Assembly (NCBI GenBank): GCA_963845485.1
Contig: CAWJSI010000002.1
Coordinates: 8,440-72,439, forward strand
Direction of reading: 5' to 3'
DNA: 64,000 nt
Origin: an uncultured Acidimicrobiaceae bacterium
Lineage (GTDB): Bacteria; Actinomycetota; Acidimicrobiia; Acidimicrobiales; RAAP-2
The first letter of the stretch is position 1, and every line of letters starts with the position of its first letter. The notes under the pieces are model-generated. The model was not told where the DNA came from. It worked only from the letters and a program-made list of their open reading frames with translations, and did no database searches. The position numbers and the translations under genes are program-made. Below are positions 45,162 through 54,766 of the stretch, piece after piece.

Positions 45162-47687
45162 CTACTCGATGCGCAAGACCGTGGCCGGTGATGCGGTGGT
45201 CGCCACCACGGCGGGCACTGCCGTGACCAGAGCACCCACTACCACGAGGCCGACCAGACCGCCGAGAAGGGGAAGGATCGGGACCACGGTCACCGGCACC
45301 ACCCCGAGCGATGCGGCAAAACCGGTCCAGGCCCAGTGGCCGCCGATGATCCCGAGGGGTAGGCCGAAGGCCACAGCGATGGTCAACAGGGTGGCGGTCT
45401 GCCAGGCGATGATGCTCCGCAACTGCCGGCGTCTGAAACCCAGGGCCTGCAAAACGGCCAACTCTCGGCGTCGGCGTCGGGCCCCCGCCACCACCGCCAC
45501 CGATAACGAGACGAGCACGGCGAACCCGAGGGCCACGGCGAGGGCGATGGGCTGACCACCCATCTGTCCGGCGTTGACGATGGCGGCGCCGAGCACGCGG
45601 GGCTGACGGTAGGTTCCACCCGGGTCACCCCCGGGGTCGGTAGCCAAAATCCTCTTCACCACCGGCCCGGGTTTCCCGCGGGGATCGAGATTGAACGCCA
45701 CCGTGGACGGGAGGGCGGTGAGCGCCTCGTTGACGTTGGCAGTTGGATCGTTGATCACGGAATCGAAGTTGAGGATGGACAGGAGGGTGCTCTCGGGAAG
45801 CATGGCGCCGGTGCCCAGTGAGACGTGATCGGACAGCTGGACGCCGATGGACGGCAGGGTAACCACACCGACGATGGACAGGGTCCGGGCCGTTCGGCCC
45901 ACCCCCACATGGACGGTGTCGCCCACCTTCTTGCCCAACTGGTGAAGGGTGGTCACGCCGAGTTCGATCTCATCGGGACCGGCGCTCCCGGTGCCGCTCA
46001 GCGGAAACGGGCCGGTCCCGTCTAAGGGATGGCCGCTGACCGTTGGTGGGGCCACCGAGCCCTTGTGGGTGGCCAATCCGAGGACGGGGACGACCTGTCC
46101 GTCCATGGGGAGCTGGGCGAAGGCGAACGTCGACCAACCGGCCACGCCGGGCTGGCCGGCCATGGAGGCGTACAGACCCCCGGCCCCACTGTGGAAGTCG
46201 TTTGGGGTCGGGCTCGTCGAGAAGAACGCTCCGTACCCGCCCTCGGACTGAAGAAGGACATCCCAGTTCCACCCGTAGCGGGCCGGGTGGGTGACCAGGC
46301 CGTTGAGGCTGGCGCCGAAGACGACGGCCGTGACCACGGCGATGACAGCCACCACCGATCCCACCAGATTGGCGCGCACGGTGGCCCGCCTACCGCCCGG
46401 CGGCGGCTCGAGGGCGTAGCCCGCGCCGAGGGCCATGACCTCGGGGAGCCCGACGGTGACGGCGGCCTGGGCGATGGCCGACGGGTTCTGCGCGCCCGAC
46501 TCGGTCGCCTTTCGTACCGTCCGCCAGGCCAGTAGGGCCAGCATGCCAAGCAAGACCAAAGCCAGGAGAGCACCGCCCCCGAGCAGGACCAGTAAGTCGA
46601 ATCGGAAACCCCTGACCGGGTCGAACTGGCGCACCGGCTCCACCGGGGCCAACGGTGAGAGGGCAACGGCACCGACCACGGCCAGCGCGACGCCGCCGAC
46701 CACCGCCGTCAATCCACTCAGTGCGCCGGCCACAGCCGATTCGGGCCGGGTCTCGCCGAGGGCCCGGAGCGTTGTCAACTGTCCGGCCGATCGATCGAGC
46801 ATCTGAGCCAGGGCCTGTCCGACCAGGACCAAAAGTGCCAGGGCGCTCAGGGCTCCGAGCACGGCCAGGGCCACCGCCTGGGGCCGGATGGCGTCCTGGA
46901 CCTGCCGATGTACGTCGTCCAGCTTGCGGACGGCAAAGGAGTACCCATCTCCCACCTGATCGGCCAACTTGGCCAGAGAGGTTTGGAGGGCGGGAATGCC
47001 GGCGCTCCCCCGGTCCAAGCGGGCACCGACCCACGAGAAGGCGATCTCCTTGTGTAAATGGGCGGTCGCCGCCGGAGGGATGACGGCAGCGGCCGGTTGG
47101 TCGAACTGGTCGACCAGCACCGGCGGGAAGTCCACGATGGAGGTGACCCGGAACGTGGCGTGCCCGATGACGGGCGGATCGTCCGACTGGTTTTTGGGGT
47201 CGAACAGGGCGTAGGTCACATGGCCACCCACACCGACGCCGAAGAGCCGGGCGATGTTGGGGGTGAGAGCGATCTCGTCGGTGGAACCAAGACGTGGGAG
47301 TCGACCCTTGATCACGGTCATGGTGTCCTGGGTGAAGAAGTCGCCGTTCATACTCCCCTGCAGGGCATCGGTGGTGAATGAGTCGTCGATGTGGCCGTGG
47401 ACCACCGGTTCGACATCCAGGCCGGCCCACGAAGCGCTCGCTCGGATCCCCGGCTGCCTGGCCACCTCTGCATTCAATTCGGTGTCCGGCGACGGGATGT
47501 TGATCATGACGTCGCTGGCATTGATGGAGCTCAGGTAGCGACCGTAGGCAGACTCCGTCCGCCGGGCCCCGGCCAGAGCGGCCAAGGAGACGGCACCGAG
47601 AATGCCGCACAGGATGGCGATGACGAGGGTGGACTGCCAGGTCCGCCGCCACGTGACATGCCACCAATACCAGGCCACCGCCATCAA
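45162..47687 (-). CDS. ABC-type permease with two FtsX domains (MacB/YbbP-like, 10 TMS)
   Basis: 841 aa. N-terminal WRRTWQSTLVIAILCGILGAVSLAALAG, two large extracytoplasmic loops, and two FtsX 4-helix bundles. No ATPase gene is adjacent. Confidence 0.85.
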   Translation of the reverse strand: MMAVAWYWWHVTWRRTWQSTLVIAILCGILGAVSLAALAGARRTESAYGRYLSSINASDVMINIPSPDTELNAEVARQPGIRASASWAGLDVEPVVHGHIDDSFTTDALQGSMNGDFFTQDTMTVIKGRLPRLGSTDEIALTPNIARLFGVGVGGHVTYALFDPKNQSDDPPVIGHATFRVTSIVDFPPVLVDQFDQPAAAVIPPAATAHLHKEIAFSWVGARLDRGSAGIPALQTSLAKLADQVGDGYSFAVRKLDDVHRQVQDAIRPQAVALAVLGALSALALLVLVGQALAQMLDRSAGQLTTLRALGETRPESAVAGALSGLTAVVGGVALAVVGAVALSPLAPVEPVRQFDPVRGFRFDLLVLLGGGALLALVLLGMLALLAWRTVRKATESGAQNPSAIAQAAVTVGLPEVMALGAGYALEPPPGGRRATVRANLVGSVVAVIAVVTAVVFGASLNGLVTHPARYGWNWDVLLQSEGGYGAFFSTSPTPNDFHSGAGGLYASMAGQPGVAGWSTFAFAQLPMDGQVVPVLGLATHKGSVAPPTVSGHPLDGTGPFPLSGTGSAGPDEIELGVTTLHQLGKKVGDTVHVGVGRTARTLSIVGVVTLPSIGVQLSDHVSLGTGAMLPESTLLSILNFDSVINDPTANVNEALTALPSTVAFNLDPRGKPGPVVKRILATDPGGDPGGTYRQPRVLGAAIVNAGQMGGQPIALAVALGFAVLVSLSVAVVAGARRRRRELAVLQALGFRRRQLRSIIAWQTATLLTIAVAFGLPLGIIGGHWAWTGFAASLGVVPVTVVPILPLLGGLVGLVVVGALVTAVPAVVATTASPATVLRIE

Positions 47688-47963
47688 CCTTCAGCGATCC
47701 GTGACCATGTCGTATCGGCCTGCCTGTCTCTCGGTCATCGAGGGGATTCCGTGGTGGTACGCGAGGGCTCGACTGACCGGTCGGTGATCGTTGCCCTCCG
47801 GTTGATGATGATCGGAACCGAGCCGACCGGCAAGGGTGCTAGCCAGTCACCGAGGGGGTGGGTTACCAGCCCCGAGTGCGGTGAGCTGGGACTGCGCTCC
47901 AGGCCGGCGAATCGAGGGTTCGAGAACCACCCCGGACCGCGACCCCGAAGGTAAGGTCGGCCG

Positions 47964-48242
47964 ATGCCCAGCAGCGATGACGTGAAGGACGTACTCGTGA
48001 TCATCGGACTGCACGAGGACGGGGATGAGGACTGCGACAACCAGTTGATCGAGGAGGAAACGGGCCTCGATCCGGCGACGGTCGACGCCGTCCTCGATCA
48101 TCTCTGGCGGACGGACCGGATTGAGGCCATCCAGGCCGGCGGCGATCGCAACCCTTCGCTGGACAAGATTCGGCGTGTCCTGGCCGACCGGGAGCGCCTG
48201 TGGGGCGACGACGGACGGTTCGAGGCCAACCAGTCGGTCTGA
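47964..48242 (+). CDS. Small acidic hypothetical protein (92 aa, winged-helix-like?)
   Basis: Hand-counted third-position GC is about 85%, against about 70% for the antisense frame. Contains LIEEETGLDPATVDAVLDHLWRTDRIEAI. Confidence 0.55.
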   Translation: MPSSDDVKDVLVIIGLHEDGDEDCDNQLIEEETGLDPATVDAVLDHLWRTDRIEAIQAGGDRNPSLDKIRRVLADRERLWGDDGRFEANQSV

Positions 48243-48388
48243 GGCAGCCTGGGCGGAACGGCCCGGGACGCCCAAGGTCCGAGTCGATCATGGCCGGCCG
48301 TCCAACCTCGGTGTCGAGGCCTGGCGGAGATCGGGGTGGCGGCCCGGCGAGCATCCGGTCCGGCAAGCCCCAGTAGCCAAGAGCCACC

Positions 48389-49315
48389 TCAGAATCCGGC
48401 CAGGGCATGAAAGGCCACCGCTGCCGCCGTGGCCACATTCAGCGAGTCGACACCGTCAGCCATCGGGATGCTGACGGCCACGTCGGAGGCGGCCAACGCC
48501 CCATCGGACAGCCCCGGTCCCTCCGCTCCGACGAGCAGAGCGACTCCAACAGAGCCGTTGGCGTTCGCCCGGAGTTCGGGCAGGGTGACCGCCGGGACCC
48601 CCTTCACACCGGTGGGACGAGGTGTCAGGGCTGCCACGATGAAGCCAGCCTCCCGGACCTGGTGAAGTCCGTCCGGCCAGGGGACGACCCGGGCGAGTGG
48701 TGTGTTGAGCACATGGCCGACCGATACCCGGATCGACCGTCGGTAGAAGGGATCAGCGCACGTCGGGTCCATCAGCACCCCGACCACTCCGAAGGCTGCC
48801 GCGTTGCGGAACAGCGCGCCGATGTTCTCGTGGTCGTTGAGCCCCTCGAGGATGGCGATGACCACGCCGACACCACCGACGCCGTGCCCTTCCACCGCGT
48901 CGGCCAACAACCGGACCACGTCGAGGTCGGGTTTCCGATCGGCCACGGCAACAACGCCCCGATGCAACGGGAACCCGACCGTATCGGCCACGACCTCGCG
49001 GGACCCCACGAATACAGGAACGCCGCGCCGCTGTGCCCTGGCCACCAGATCACCGGCATTGGTCAGCTGATGGTCGTCGACGAGCAGTGAGCGCACCCGG
49101 AAGTCCGACGTAAGAAGGCGACCGACGACGAGCCTCCCCTCGGCGACGAAGATCGACGCCTCGGCTTCCTTGCGTACCCGTGCCGCGGGATCGTTGAGCT
49201 CCCGGTACTCGGCGATCCGCAGATCATCGGCGTCATCCACCCTGACCAGTTCGCCCGGCGCAACGAAAGGATCCGATTGAGCGTTGGTCACAGGCTCAGC
49301 TTCGCGTACCCGCAC
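48389..49315 (-). CDS. TrmH/SpoU-family RNA 2'-O-methyltransferase
   Basis: SpoU motifs HENIGALFRNAAAFG, LLVGAEGPGLS and VSIPMADGVDSLNVATAAAVAFH. Confidence 0.85.
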   Translation of the reverse strand: MRVREAEPVTNAQSDPFVAPGELVRVDDADDLRIAEYRELNDPAARVRKEAEASIFVAEGRLVVGRLLTSDFRVRSLLVDDHQLTNAGDLVARAQRRGVPVFVGSREVVADTVGFPLHRGVVAVADRKPDLDVVRLLADAVEGHGVGGVGVVIAILEGLNDHENIGALFRNAAAFGVVGVLMDPTCADPFYRRSIRVSVGHVLNTPLARVVPWPDGLHQVREAGFIVAALTPRPTGVKGVPAVTLPELRANANGSVGVALLVGAEGPGLSDGALAASDVAVSIPMADGVDSLNVATAAAVAFHALAGF

Positions 49316-49413
49316 ACTCCCAGGGCGGCCGGCACCATCCGAACCGAAGCGCTCGAGCGAGGGGTGTGACGGAAGGATGGGAGACCCGTGGCGACGAGCG
49401 AAGCCAGCCCCGT

Positions 49414-50121
49414 TCAGAGACTGTTTAGTCCGCCATCCCCTTCGAGCGCGATCGCCTCGACCAGCTCCGGACCGTCGTTGCGCACGTTACCTACGTCCCT
49501 CGACACCGGATGACGGACGAGCGTACCCTCGGCCGTGGGCACGAGAAGTGCCTGAAGCTGCTCGACGTCGGTCATCTCGGGGTCGAGCCAGAACTCCCAG
49601 CTCTCGGCCTCGAGCACCACCGGTTGGCGGTTGTGAATAGGCATGTCCGGCCCCGCCGTGGTCGTGATGATGGTTGCCGTGTTGAGTTCGTTGCCCTCGG
49701 CATCCCGCCACCACTCCCGGAGGCCGGCAAACACCATCGGCTGACCATCGGCCCGGCGGAAGGCGTAAGGCTGCTTGACCTTGGGGGCCAAGGTCTGCCA
49801 CTCGTAGAAGGCATCGACTGGCACCAGGATGCGCGAGGACATAAACGCCGAACGGAACATGGGCTTGGTGGCGATGGTCTCCGCCCGAGCATTGAAGGTA
49901 GACCTCATATCCGCGGGATTCTTCGCCCATCTCGGCACCAGACCCCAGGCGAAGGCGGCCAGCTCCCGATGGTGGTGACGCTCGTATACCCCGAGCAACG
50001 GGTCGGTGGGGGCCACATTCCAGCTGGGCCTGAACTCGGCCAGCAGTTCGGGGCTGACCCCAGCGTCGAGCAACCGGGCCAAGTGACCCGGCTCGTCGTA
50101 GAGGGCTATACGTCCACACAT
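49414..50121 (-). CDS. SOS-response-associated peptidase (SRAP/YedK family)
   Basis: N-terminal MCGR (catalytic Cys2). Also WNVAPT, FAWGLVPRWAK, FNARAETI and FYEW. Confidence 0.9.
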   Translation of the reverse strand: MCGRIALYDEPGHLARLLDAGVSPELLAEFRPSWNVAPTDPLLGVYERHHHRELAAFAWGLVPRWAKNPADMRSTFNARAETIATKPMFRSAFMSSRILVPVDAFYEWQTLAPKVKQPYAFRRADGQPMVFAGLREWWRDAEGNELNTATIITTTAGPDMPIHNRQPVVLEAESWEFWLDPEMTDVEQLQALLVPTAEGTLVRHPVSRDVGNVRNDGPELVEAIALEGDGGLNSL

Positions 50122-50164
50122 GTCCCGGAGCCTACGGGTTGGGTCGTCATGGCAGAATGGACCG

Positions 50165-50389
50165 GTGAAGCGGAAGCTGACCCCGGCTCAATGGACGGCG
50201 ATCTTCGTGGCCCACATACTGGTGGCATCGCTCGTCTGGCGCGACCTGCGGCAACGCCCAGAGGACCGGGTCCGAGGGAGCAAACGCATGTGGCGGATCG
50301 CCAGCGCCGCCAACTCGGGAAACTCGGTCCTCTACCTGCTGGTGGGCCGACGTCGGAACCCGAAGGGGGCAGAGCACCAGGTCGGGTAA
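50165..50389 (+). CDS. PLD-nuclease-N-terminal-domain-like small membrane protein
   Basis: Two TM helices with WRDLRQRPEDRVRGSKRMWRIASAANSGNSVLYLLVGRR. Start uncertain (GTG 50165, or 50120). Confidence 0.6.
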   Translation: MKRKLTPAQWTAIFVAHILVASLVWRDLRQRPEDRVRGSKRMWRIASAANSGNSVLYLLVGRRRNPKGAEHQVG

Positions 50390-50393
50390 TCCA

Positions 50394-50567
50394 CTATGAG
50401 CGGGCTCCCCGTTCCCGGGCGATCGCCAGCACGAACTGATTGAACTGTTCGCCAAACGTCCGAACGGTGGGATTTTCGCTCTTGGCCCAGCGACCCTCTG
50501 CCTCGATGATGGTTCCGAGATTGCCGAGAGCATCTTCGAGACGGTCGATCCGTTGTTGGGTGTTCAT
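50394..50567 (-). CDS. Unlisted small ORF (57 aa), hypothetical
   Basis: Below the ORF-track cut-off. Reads MNTQQRIDRLEDALGNLGTIIEAEGRWAKSENPTVRTFGEQFNQFVLAIARERGARS*. TGACACAAT lies 7 nt upstream of the ATG and there is no SD, so it may be leaderless. No family recognised. Confidence 0.4.
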   Translation of the reverse strand: MNTQQRIDRLEDALGNLGTIIEAEGRWAKSENPTVRTFGEQFNQFVLAIARERGARS

Positions 50568-50669
50568 GGGAACATTGTGTCAGGGTCGCCTGGATTCCGA
50601 CCCGTACTCCACGCCCACTGTGGACGAACCCGCTGCACCCCTGCGGCGACCACGGCGACGCATGTCCGC

Positions 50670-50909
50670 TCAGCTCGTCGGGATCAACGTGGTGACGCAG
50701 AATGGACGACCGGCTGGACCAATCAACACCCGCCAGGGATCCGGTGCGGGCTGGGTGGACGCCTTCGAGGCCCCGATAGCCAGTGCCGCCGATTCAGCCT
50801 CGTCCAGGTCGCTCACCGCCAGTTCGAGATGAATCTGTTTGGGCACACCCCCAGTGGGCCACTGCGCGACCTGACAGCAAACCGTCTCCCTGATACCGGG
50901 TTCCCCCAA
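50670..50909 (-). CDS. VOC/glyoxalase-like domain protein, possibly N-terminally truncated
   Basis: KQIHLELAVSDLDEAESAALAIGASKASTQPAPDPWRVLIGPAGRPFCVTT matches the second half of a VOC module. The frame stays open upstream to about 51011 with VOC-like sense (…AVGWQPADRLTEDHPWISLGEP), but has no usable start before TTG 50909. Confidence 0.45.
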   Translation of the reverse strand: MGEPGIRETVCCQVAQWPTGGVPKQIHLELAVSDLDEAESAALAIGASKASTQPAPDPWRVLIGPAGRPFCVTTLIPTS

Positions 50910-51047
50910 GGAAATCCAGGGGTGATCCTCAGTGAGTCGATCAGCGGGTTGCCACCCAACCGCTCGCCGCCATTGCGGAGATGAGAAACGGCGGCACCGA
51001 TCGTCTACCGTTCATCTATCGGGCCCGAACAGCAAATGGAGTGTCCC

Positions 51048-51692
51048 ATGTCAACAGTCCGTGTCCACAACTTCGCCGTCTCCCTCGACGGGTTCGGCGC
51101 TGGCGAGGGACAGACGCTCGAGCAACCCTTCGGGCACGCCGGCGGGAAGCTGACGACCTGGTTCTTCGGCACCAGTACCTTTCGGGGGATGCAGGGCGAG
51201 GGCGGTGGAAGCACCGGAGTTGACGAAGCGCTCGCCAGCCGCTGGGGTCCAGGGATCGGGGCCGAAATCATGGGCCGCAACAAATTCGGCCCACAGCGTG
51301 GGCCGTGGGATGACGACGAGTGGAAGGGTTGGTGGGGCGACGATCCACCATTTCACACCCCGGTGTTTGTGCTTACCCACTATCCAAGGCCTCCCATCCC
51401 CATGGAGGGGGGAACTACATTTCATTTCGTCGATGCCAGTCCTGCCGAGGCGTTGGAGCTGGCACGGGATGCGGCGGGCGGACTGGATGTTCGTATCGGC
51501 GGCGGGGTGGAAACAGTGCGACAGTTTCTCGCCGCCGACTTAATCGACCACATGCACATCGTGATCGTCCCCATCCTCCTCGGGCGTGGGGAACGTCTCT
51601 GGGAGGGACTCGAAGGGATCGAGGTGAACTTCGATGTGGAGGCGGTCAGTTCTCCAACCGGAGTGACCCACGTCACGTTCAGCCGACCATAG
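51048..51692 (+). CDS. Dihydrofolate-reductase-like (RibD C-terminal domain) family protein
   Basis: MSTVRVHNFAVSLDGFGAG... and LIDHMHIVIVPILLGRGERLW. Confidence 0.85.
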   Translation: MSTVRVHNFAVSLDGFGAGEGQTLEQPFGHAGGKLTTWFFGTSTFRGMQGEGGGSTGVDEALASRWGPGIGAEIMGRNKFGPQRGPWDDDEWKGWWGDDPPFHTPVFVLTHYPRPPIPMEGGTTFHFVDASPAEALELARDAAGGLDVRIGGGVETVRQFLAADLIDHMHIVIVPILLGRGERLWEGLEGIEVNFDVEAVSSPTGVTHVTFSRP

Positions 51693-51909
51693 GGTCACCA
51701 CGTTGTGAACGTTCGACGCTCGGCCGGATCCGTTCGACCCTTCGAGGGAGCCGATAACGGGCGGTAAGGGTCCCTCGTAGGTGTCGACTGCTTGTTGGCT
51801 CGCCGGGTCCGGCGATCAACGTAAGTCCTCGTGCGGCCCTCGACCTACCTGCGACTCGATAGCTGGGTGATTCGCCAGGGCCGACTAGCAGCCCAGGCTG
51901 AACCCCGCC

Positions 51910-52224
51910 TCAAGCAGCCTTGGTCGTCTTGCCCGAGACCTTCCCGACGTACGTCCCGACCGACTCGCCATCGACGAACACCTGGCAGGTCTGGCTCCTG
52001 AAGCCGCCCACGATGCCCTTTCTGGTCAACTCGACGACGACCTCATGCGTCTCGTTGCTCCCCACGGAGAACTCGTAGCGACGGGTCCGGTGCAGGGTGA
52101 AATGGCGCCAGTCTTGCGCCACGCTCTTGCCGTCGACCTCAATCCGTACCTCGCCAAAGACTTGGTCGAAACTCGTATGCATCTGGTGTTTTTCGGCGTC
52201 GCCGACCTCAATGGTGAATTCCAC
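51910..52224 (-). CDS. Hypothetical beta-rich protein (start uncertain)
   Basis: The 3' part of ORF 51910..52422. The upstream part overlaps the CMD gene, so the start must be at or below about 52320. GTG 52224 follows GGAGGA. Reads VEFTIEVGDAEKHQMHTSFDQVFGEVRIEVDGKSV... Confidence 0.4.
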   Translation of the reverse strand: MEFTIEVGDAEKHQMHTSFDQVFGEVRIEVDGKSVAQDWRHFTLHRTRRYEFSVGSNETHEVVVELTRKGIVGGFRSQTCQVFVDGESVGTYVGKVSGKTTKAA

Positions 52225-52375
52225 GATTCCTCCGTTCCCGAACTCAGTCGATTCTTCATCGGTCAACTTGCGCTGAGACTTGAGTGCATCGGTGAACCTC
52301 GCGGTAAGCGCCTTGTGCAAGCCTCCACGAGGGTGCCCCTCGCCGAACGACGCCAACCTCACAGGCGATCCGGGG

Positions 52376-52795
52376 TTACGAGGTCTCCTCTTCTCCGTCC
52401 CAACGAGGAGAGCCCTCGGCAAGCCACGCTCCGATCACCTCTTCGCACGGAACAATGAGACTCGAGATATTGGGATAGCCGGCGTAGGGAGCCAGCATCA
52501 GCAAGGTTTCGCGCAGCTCGTCCGGGGACAGCTCACCTCGCTTGAGGGAAGCTCGAGCCTGAATTTTCCACGTGTCGACCTGACCGTTTGTGGCAATCAC
52601 CCCCATGAGCAACAGCCGTCGCGACCGCACGTCCAACACATCACGGCGCCACACTTGGTCGAACAGGGTCTGGACCATCACATCGTTGAAGGCCATCGTG
52701 CCTTCGGGCAGGGTGACGACATCGCCTGCGTACACATCACGCAGGACTTCGAGGCCCCGGTCATAAGGCGCTGCCGACTCGTCGGCCATGGGCAC
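52376..52795 (-). CDS. Carboxymuconolactone decarboxylase (CMD/AhpD-like) family protein
   Basis: VWRRDVLDVRSRRLLLMGVIATNG...ELRETLLMLAPYAGYPN. Confidence 0.8.
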   Translation of the reverse strand: MPMADESAAPYDRGLEVLRDVYAGDVVTLPEGTMAFNDVMVQTLFDQVWRRDVLDVRSRRLLLMGVIATNGQVDTWKIQARASLKRGELSPDELRETLLMLAPYAGYPNISSLIVPCEEVIGAWLAEGSPRWDGEEETS

Positions 52796-53058
52796 ATCCT
52801 TTCGTCAGTTAGAGGTGCGGCCATGATGGGCAACGGAGCCCACTCGCCCGATGTCACGACGCAGCTGCCGGTTCAATCGGATACTGGCGAAGGGCTGAGA
52901 GGCTTTCCGACCGAGTGGCCAGCGATCCTCACCTTGCCAGAGTGCTTTACATGTGTCAACCTATGAAGGACCCACCGAACCCCGAAATCGCTCGCCCGAA
53001 CCGGGGGCCCCACCTGCGATATGCGCACACACTTGCCATGGGATCGCACCCTCCAGTC

Positions 53059-53649
53059 ATGACGCGGATCGACGAGGTACACCACTCCTTGACCCGGCCC
53101 CGTCAGTCATTGTCCGAGCGGCAATCGTTGACGGTCGGCGCCCTACTCGAGGCCGCGCTGATCGAGCTGGACTCTGTGGGCTACGACAAGCTGACAATCC
53201 GAGGCGTGGCGCAACGAGCCGGCGTCACCCATACCACCGCGTACAGCTACTTCACCTCGAAATCGCATCTCATCTCCGAGCTGTACTGGCGACAGATGCA
53301 ATCGCTACCTCCACCCGACGTCGCTGCGGAAGCCACGTTCGTCGACCGAGTCCGAGCCGCCATCGAGGCACCGGCGACGATGCTGGCCGTGAACCCGGCC
53401 CTGGCCCGATCCATCTTTGTATCGATCCTCTCCGACGAGCCTGATGTTCGGCGGCTCCGGGGTGGAGTGGCCAGGGTCCTGATCGACCGGCTCCGGACGT
53501 CGCTCGGGCCCTACGACGAACCCGACCTGGTCGACACCCTCTTCATGGCATACAGCGGCGCCATGATGTTCGCGGGCACGGGCAATCAGGACTTTCTCGA
53601 GGTAGTGCAGCGCATCGAGACCATGGCCCACCTGATCGACCCGAGCTGA
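53059..53649 (+). CDS. TetR family transcriptional regulator
   Basis: HTH region GALLEAALIELDSVGYDKLTIRGVAQRAGVTHTTAYSYFTSKSHLI. Start uncertain (53038 or 53059). Confidence 0.85.
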   Translation: MTRIDEVHHSLTRPRQSLSERQSLTVGALLEAALIELDSVGYDKLTIRGVAQRAGVTHTTAYSYFTSKSHLISELYWRQMQSLPPPDVAAEATFVDRVRAAIEAPATMLAVNPALARSIFVSILSDEPDVRRLRGGVARVLIDRLRTSLGPYDEPDLVDTLFMAYSGAMMFAGTGNQDFLEVVQRIETMAHLIDPS

Positions 53650-53661
53650 GCGAGGGGTTCG

Positions 53662-54753
53662 ATGGGATTGCGAGTCGTGCAATGGGCCACGGGGCCGGTG
53701 GGCCGCGAGGCACTACGGGCGATTATCGGGCACCCCGACCTCGATCTCGCCGGTGTTGTCGTCTACTCGGCCGATAAGGAGGGGGTCGACGCGGGCGATC
53801 TGTGCGGGCTGCCTCAGACCGGAATCACCGCCACGAGGGACGCGGCATCGGCGCTGGCCAGTGGGGCTGATGCCGTCTGCTACACCCCCCGCATTCCCGA
53901 CCTCGAGCAGGTCTGCGGCCTGCTTGCCGACGGAGCCAATGTGGTGGCGACACCGTTCCTTTTCTACCCTCAGGCGTACGGGCCCTCGGTCGTCGGCCCG
54001 CTGACCGACGCATGCCGTCGAGGAAGAACTTCTGTGCACGGGACCGGCATCAACCCGGGATTTGTCGGCGACTTACTGGTTCTGGCCTCGACCGGCCTGC
54101 TGCGATCACTCGATCACATCGAAGTCCATGAAGTGGGGAATTGGTCGCTGTTGGAGTCCCGGGCCATGGTCTTCGACCATGCCCGGTTCGGATCACCCCC
54201 CAGCGAAGCCACCCTCCAGGCCAATCCCTACGCGCAGACGATGAGCGGCTACTTCAAAGAATCCATCCACATGGTCGCGGCAGGCCTCGGGGTGAAGCTC
54301 GATCGGTGCACCGAATCCCAGGAGGTGCTGGTGGCCGAAGAGCCCCTGGAACTCCTGTCGGGAACCGTGATGCCCGGCACCGTTAGTGGGCAGCACTTTC
54401 GTTGGGCGGGAGTGGCGGCCGGTCGGGATCTGCTGTCGATCGATGCCTGGTGGTGGGTGGGTGGTGAGCGCCCGAGCAGTTATCCGCCCCGCCGGCCCGA
54501 CGGCTGGTCCATCGATATCGAGGGTTCTCCGTCGATCCGTCTCAGCATGCTGACGCTGGGAAGTCTCGATCCCCAGAGCTCATTGCCGATCAAGGCCCAC
54601 GTCGACGCAGCCTCAGTGGCCACGGCCATGCACGCGGTCAATGCCATCCCTGTGGTGTGCGCAGCAGAGCCGGGCATTCAGACCTTTCTGGATCTCCCAC
54701 TCGTCACGGGCCGAGGAGTCCACATTTCACCGATCCGTTCGCACGTCCGCTGA
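53662..54753 (+). CDS. NAD(P)-binding DapB-N-like oxidoreductase (paralogue of 12930..14003)
   Basis: LRVVQWATGPVGREALRAIIGHPDLDLAGVVVYS. Collinear similarity to 12930..14003 through to the C-terminal ...LDLP.V.GRG. Confidence 0.75.
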   Translation: MGLRVVQWATGPVGREALRAIIGHPDLDLAGVVVYSADKEGVDAGDLCGLPQTGITATRDAASALASGADAVCYTPRIPDLEQVCGLLADGANVVATPFLFYPQAYGPSVVGPLTDACRRGRTSVHGTGINPGFVGDLLVLASTGLLRSLDHIEVHEVGNWSLLESRAMVFDHARFGSPPSEATLQANPYAQTMSGYFKESIHMVAAGLGVKLDRCTESQEVLVAEEPLELLSGTVMPGTVSGQHFRWAGVAAGRDLLSIDAWWWVGGERPSSYPPRRPDGWSIDIEGSPSIRLSMLTLGSLDPQSSLPIKAHVDAASVATAMHAVNAIPVVCAAEPGIQTFLDLPLVTGRGVHISPIRSHVR

Positions 54754-54766
54754 AAGGGGACAACCG

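Noticed and set aside
47690-48275. Minus-strand frames with ABC-signature-like strings (PGAQSQLTALGAGNPP, VQRRVAIAAGLDGLNP...VLVQSDDH), suggesting a decayed ATPase partner upstream of the FtsX permease.
   Set aside because: The best-looking match is antisense to the plus-strand ORF 47964..48242. That ORF has clearly higher third-position GC (about 85% versus about 70%). The Walker B equivalent is absent, and the remaining matches are short enough to be chance.
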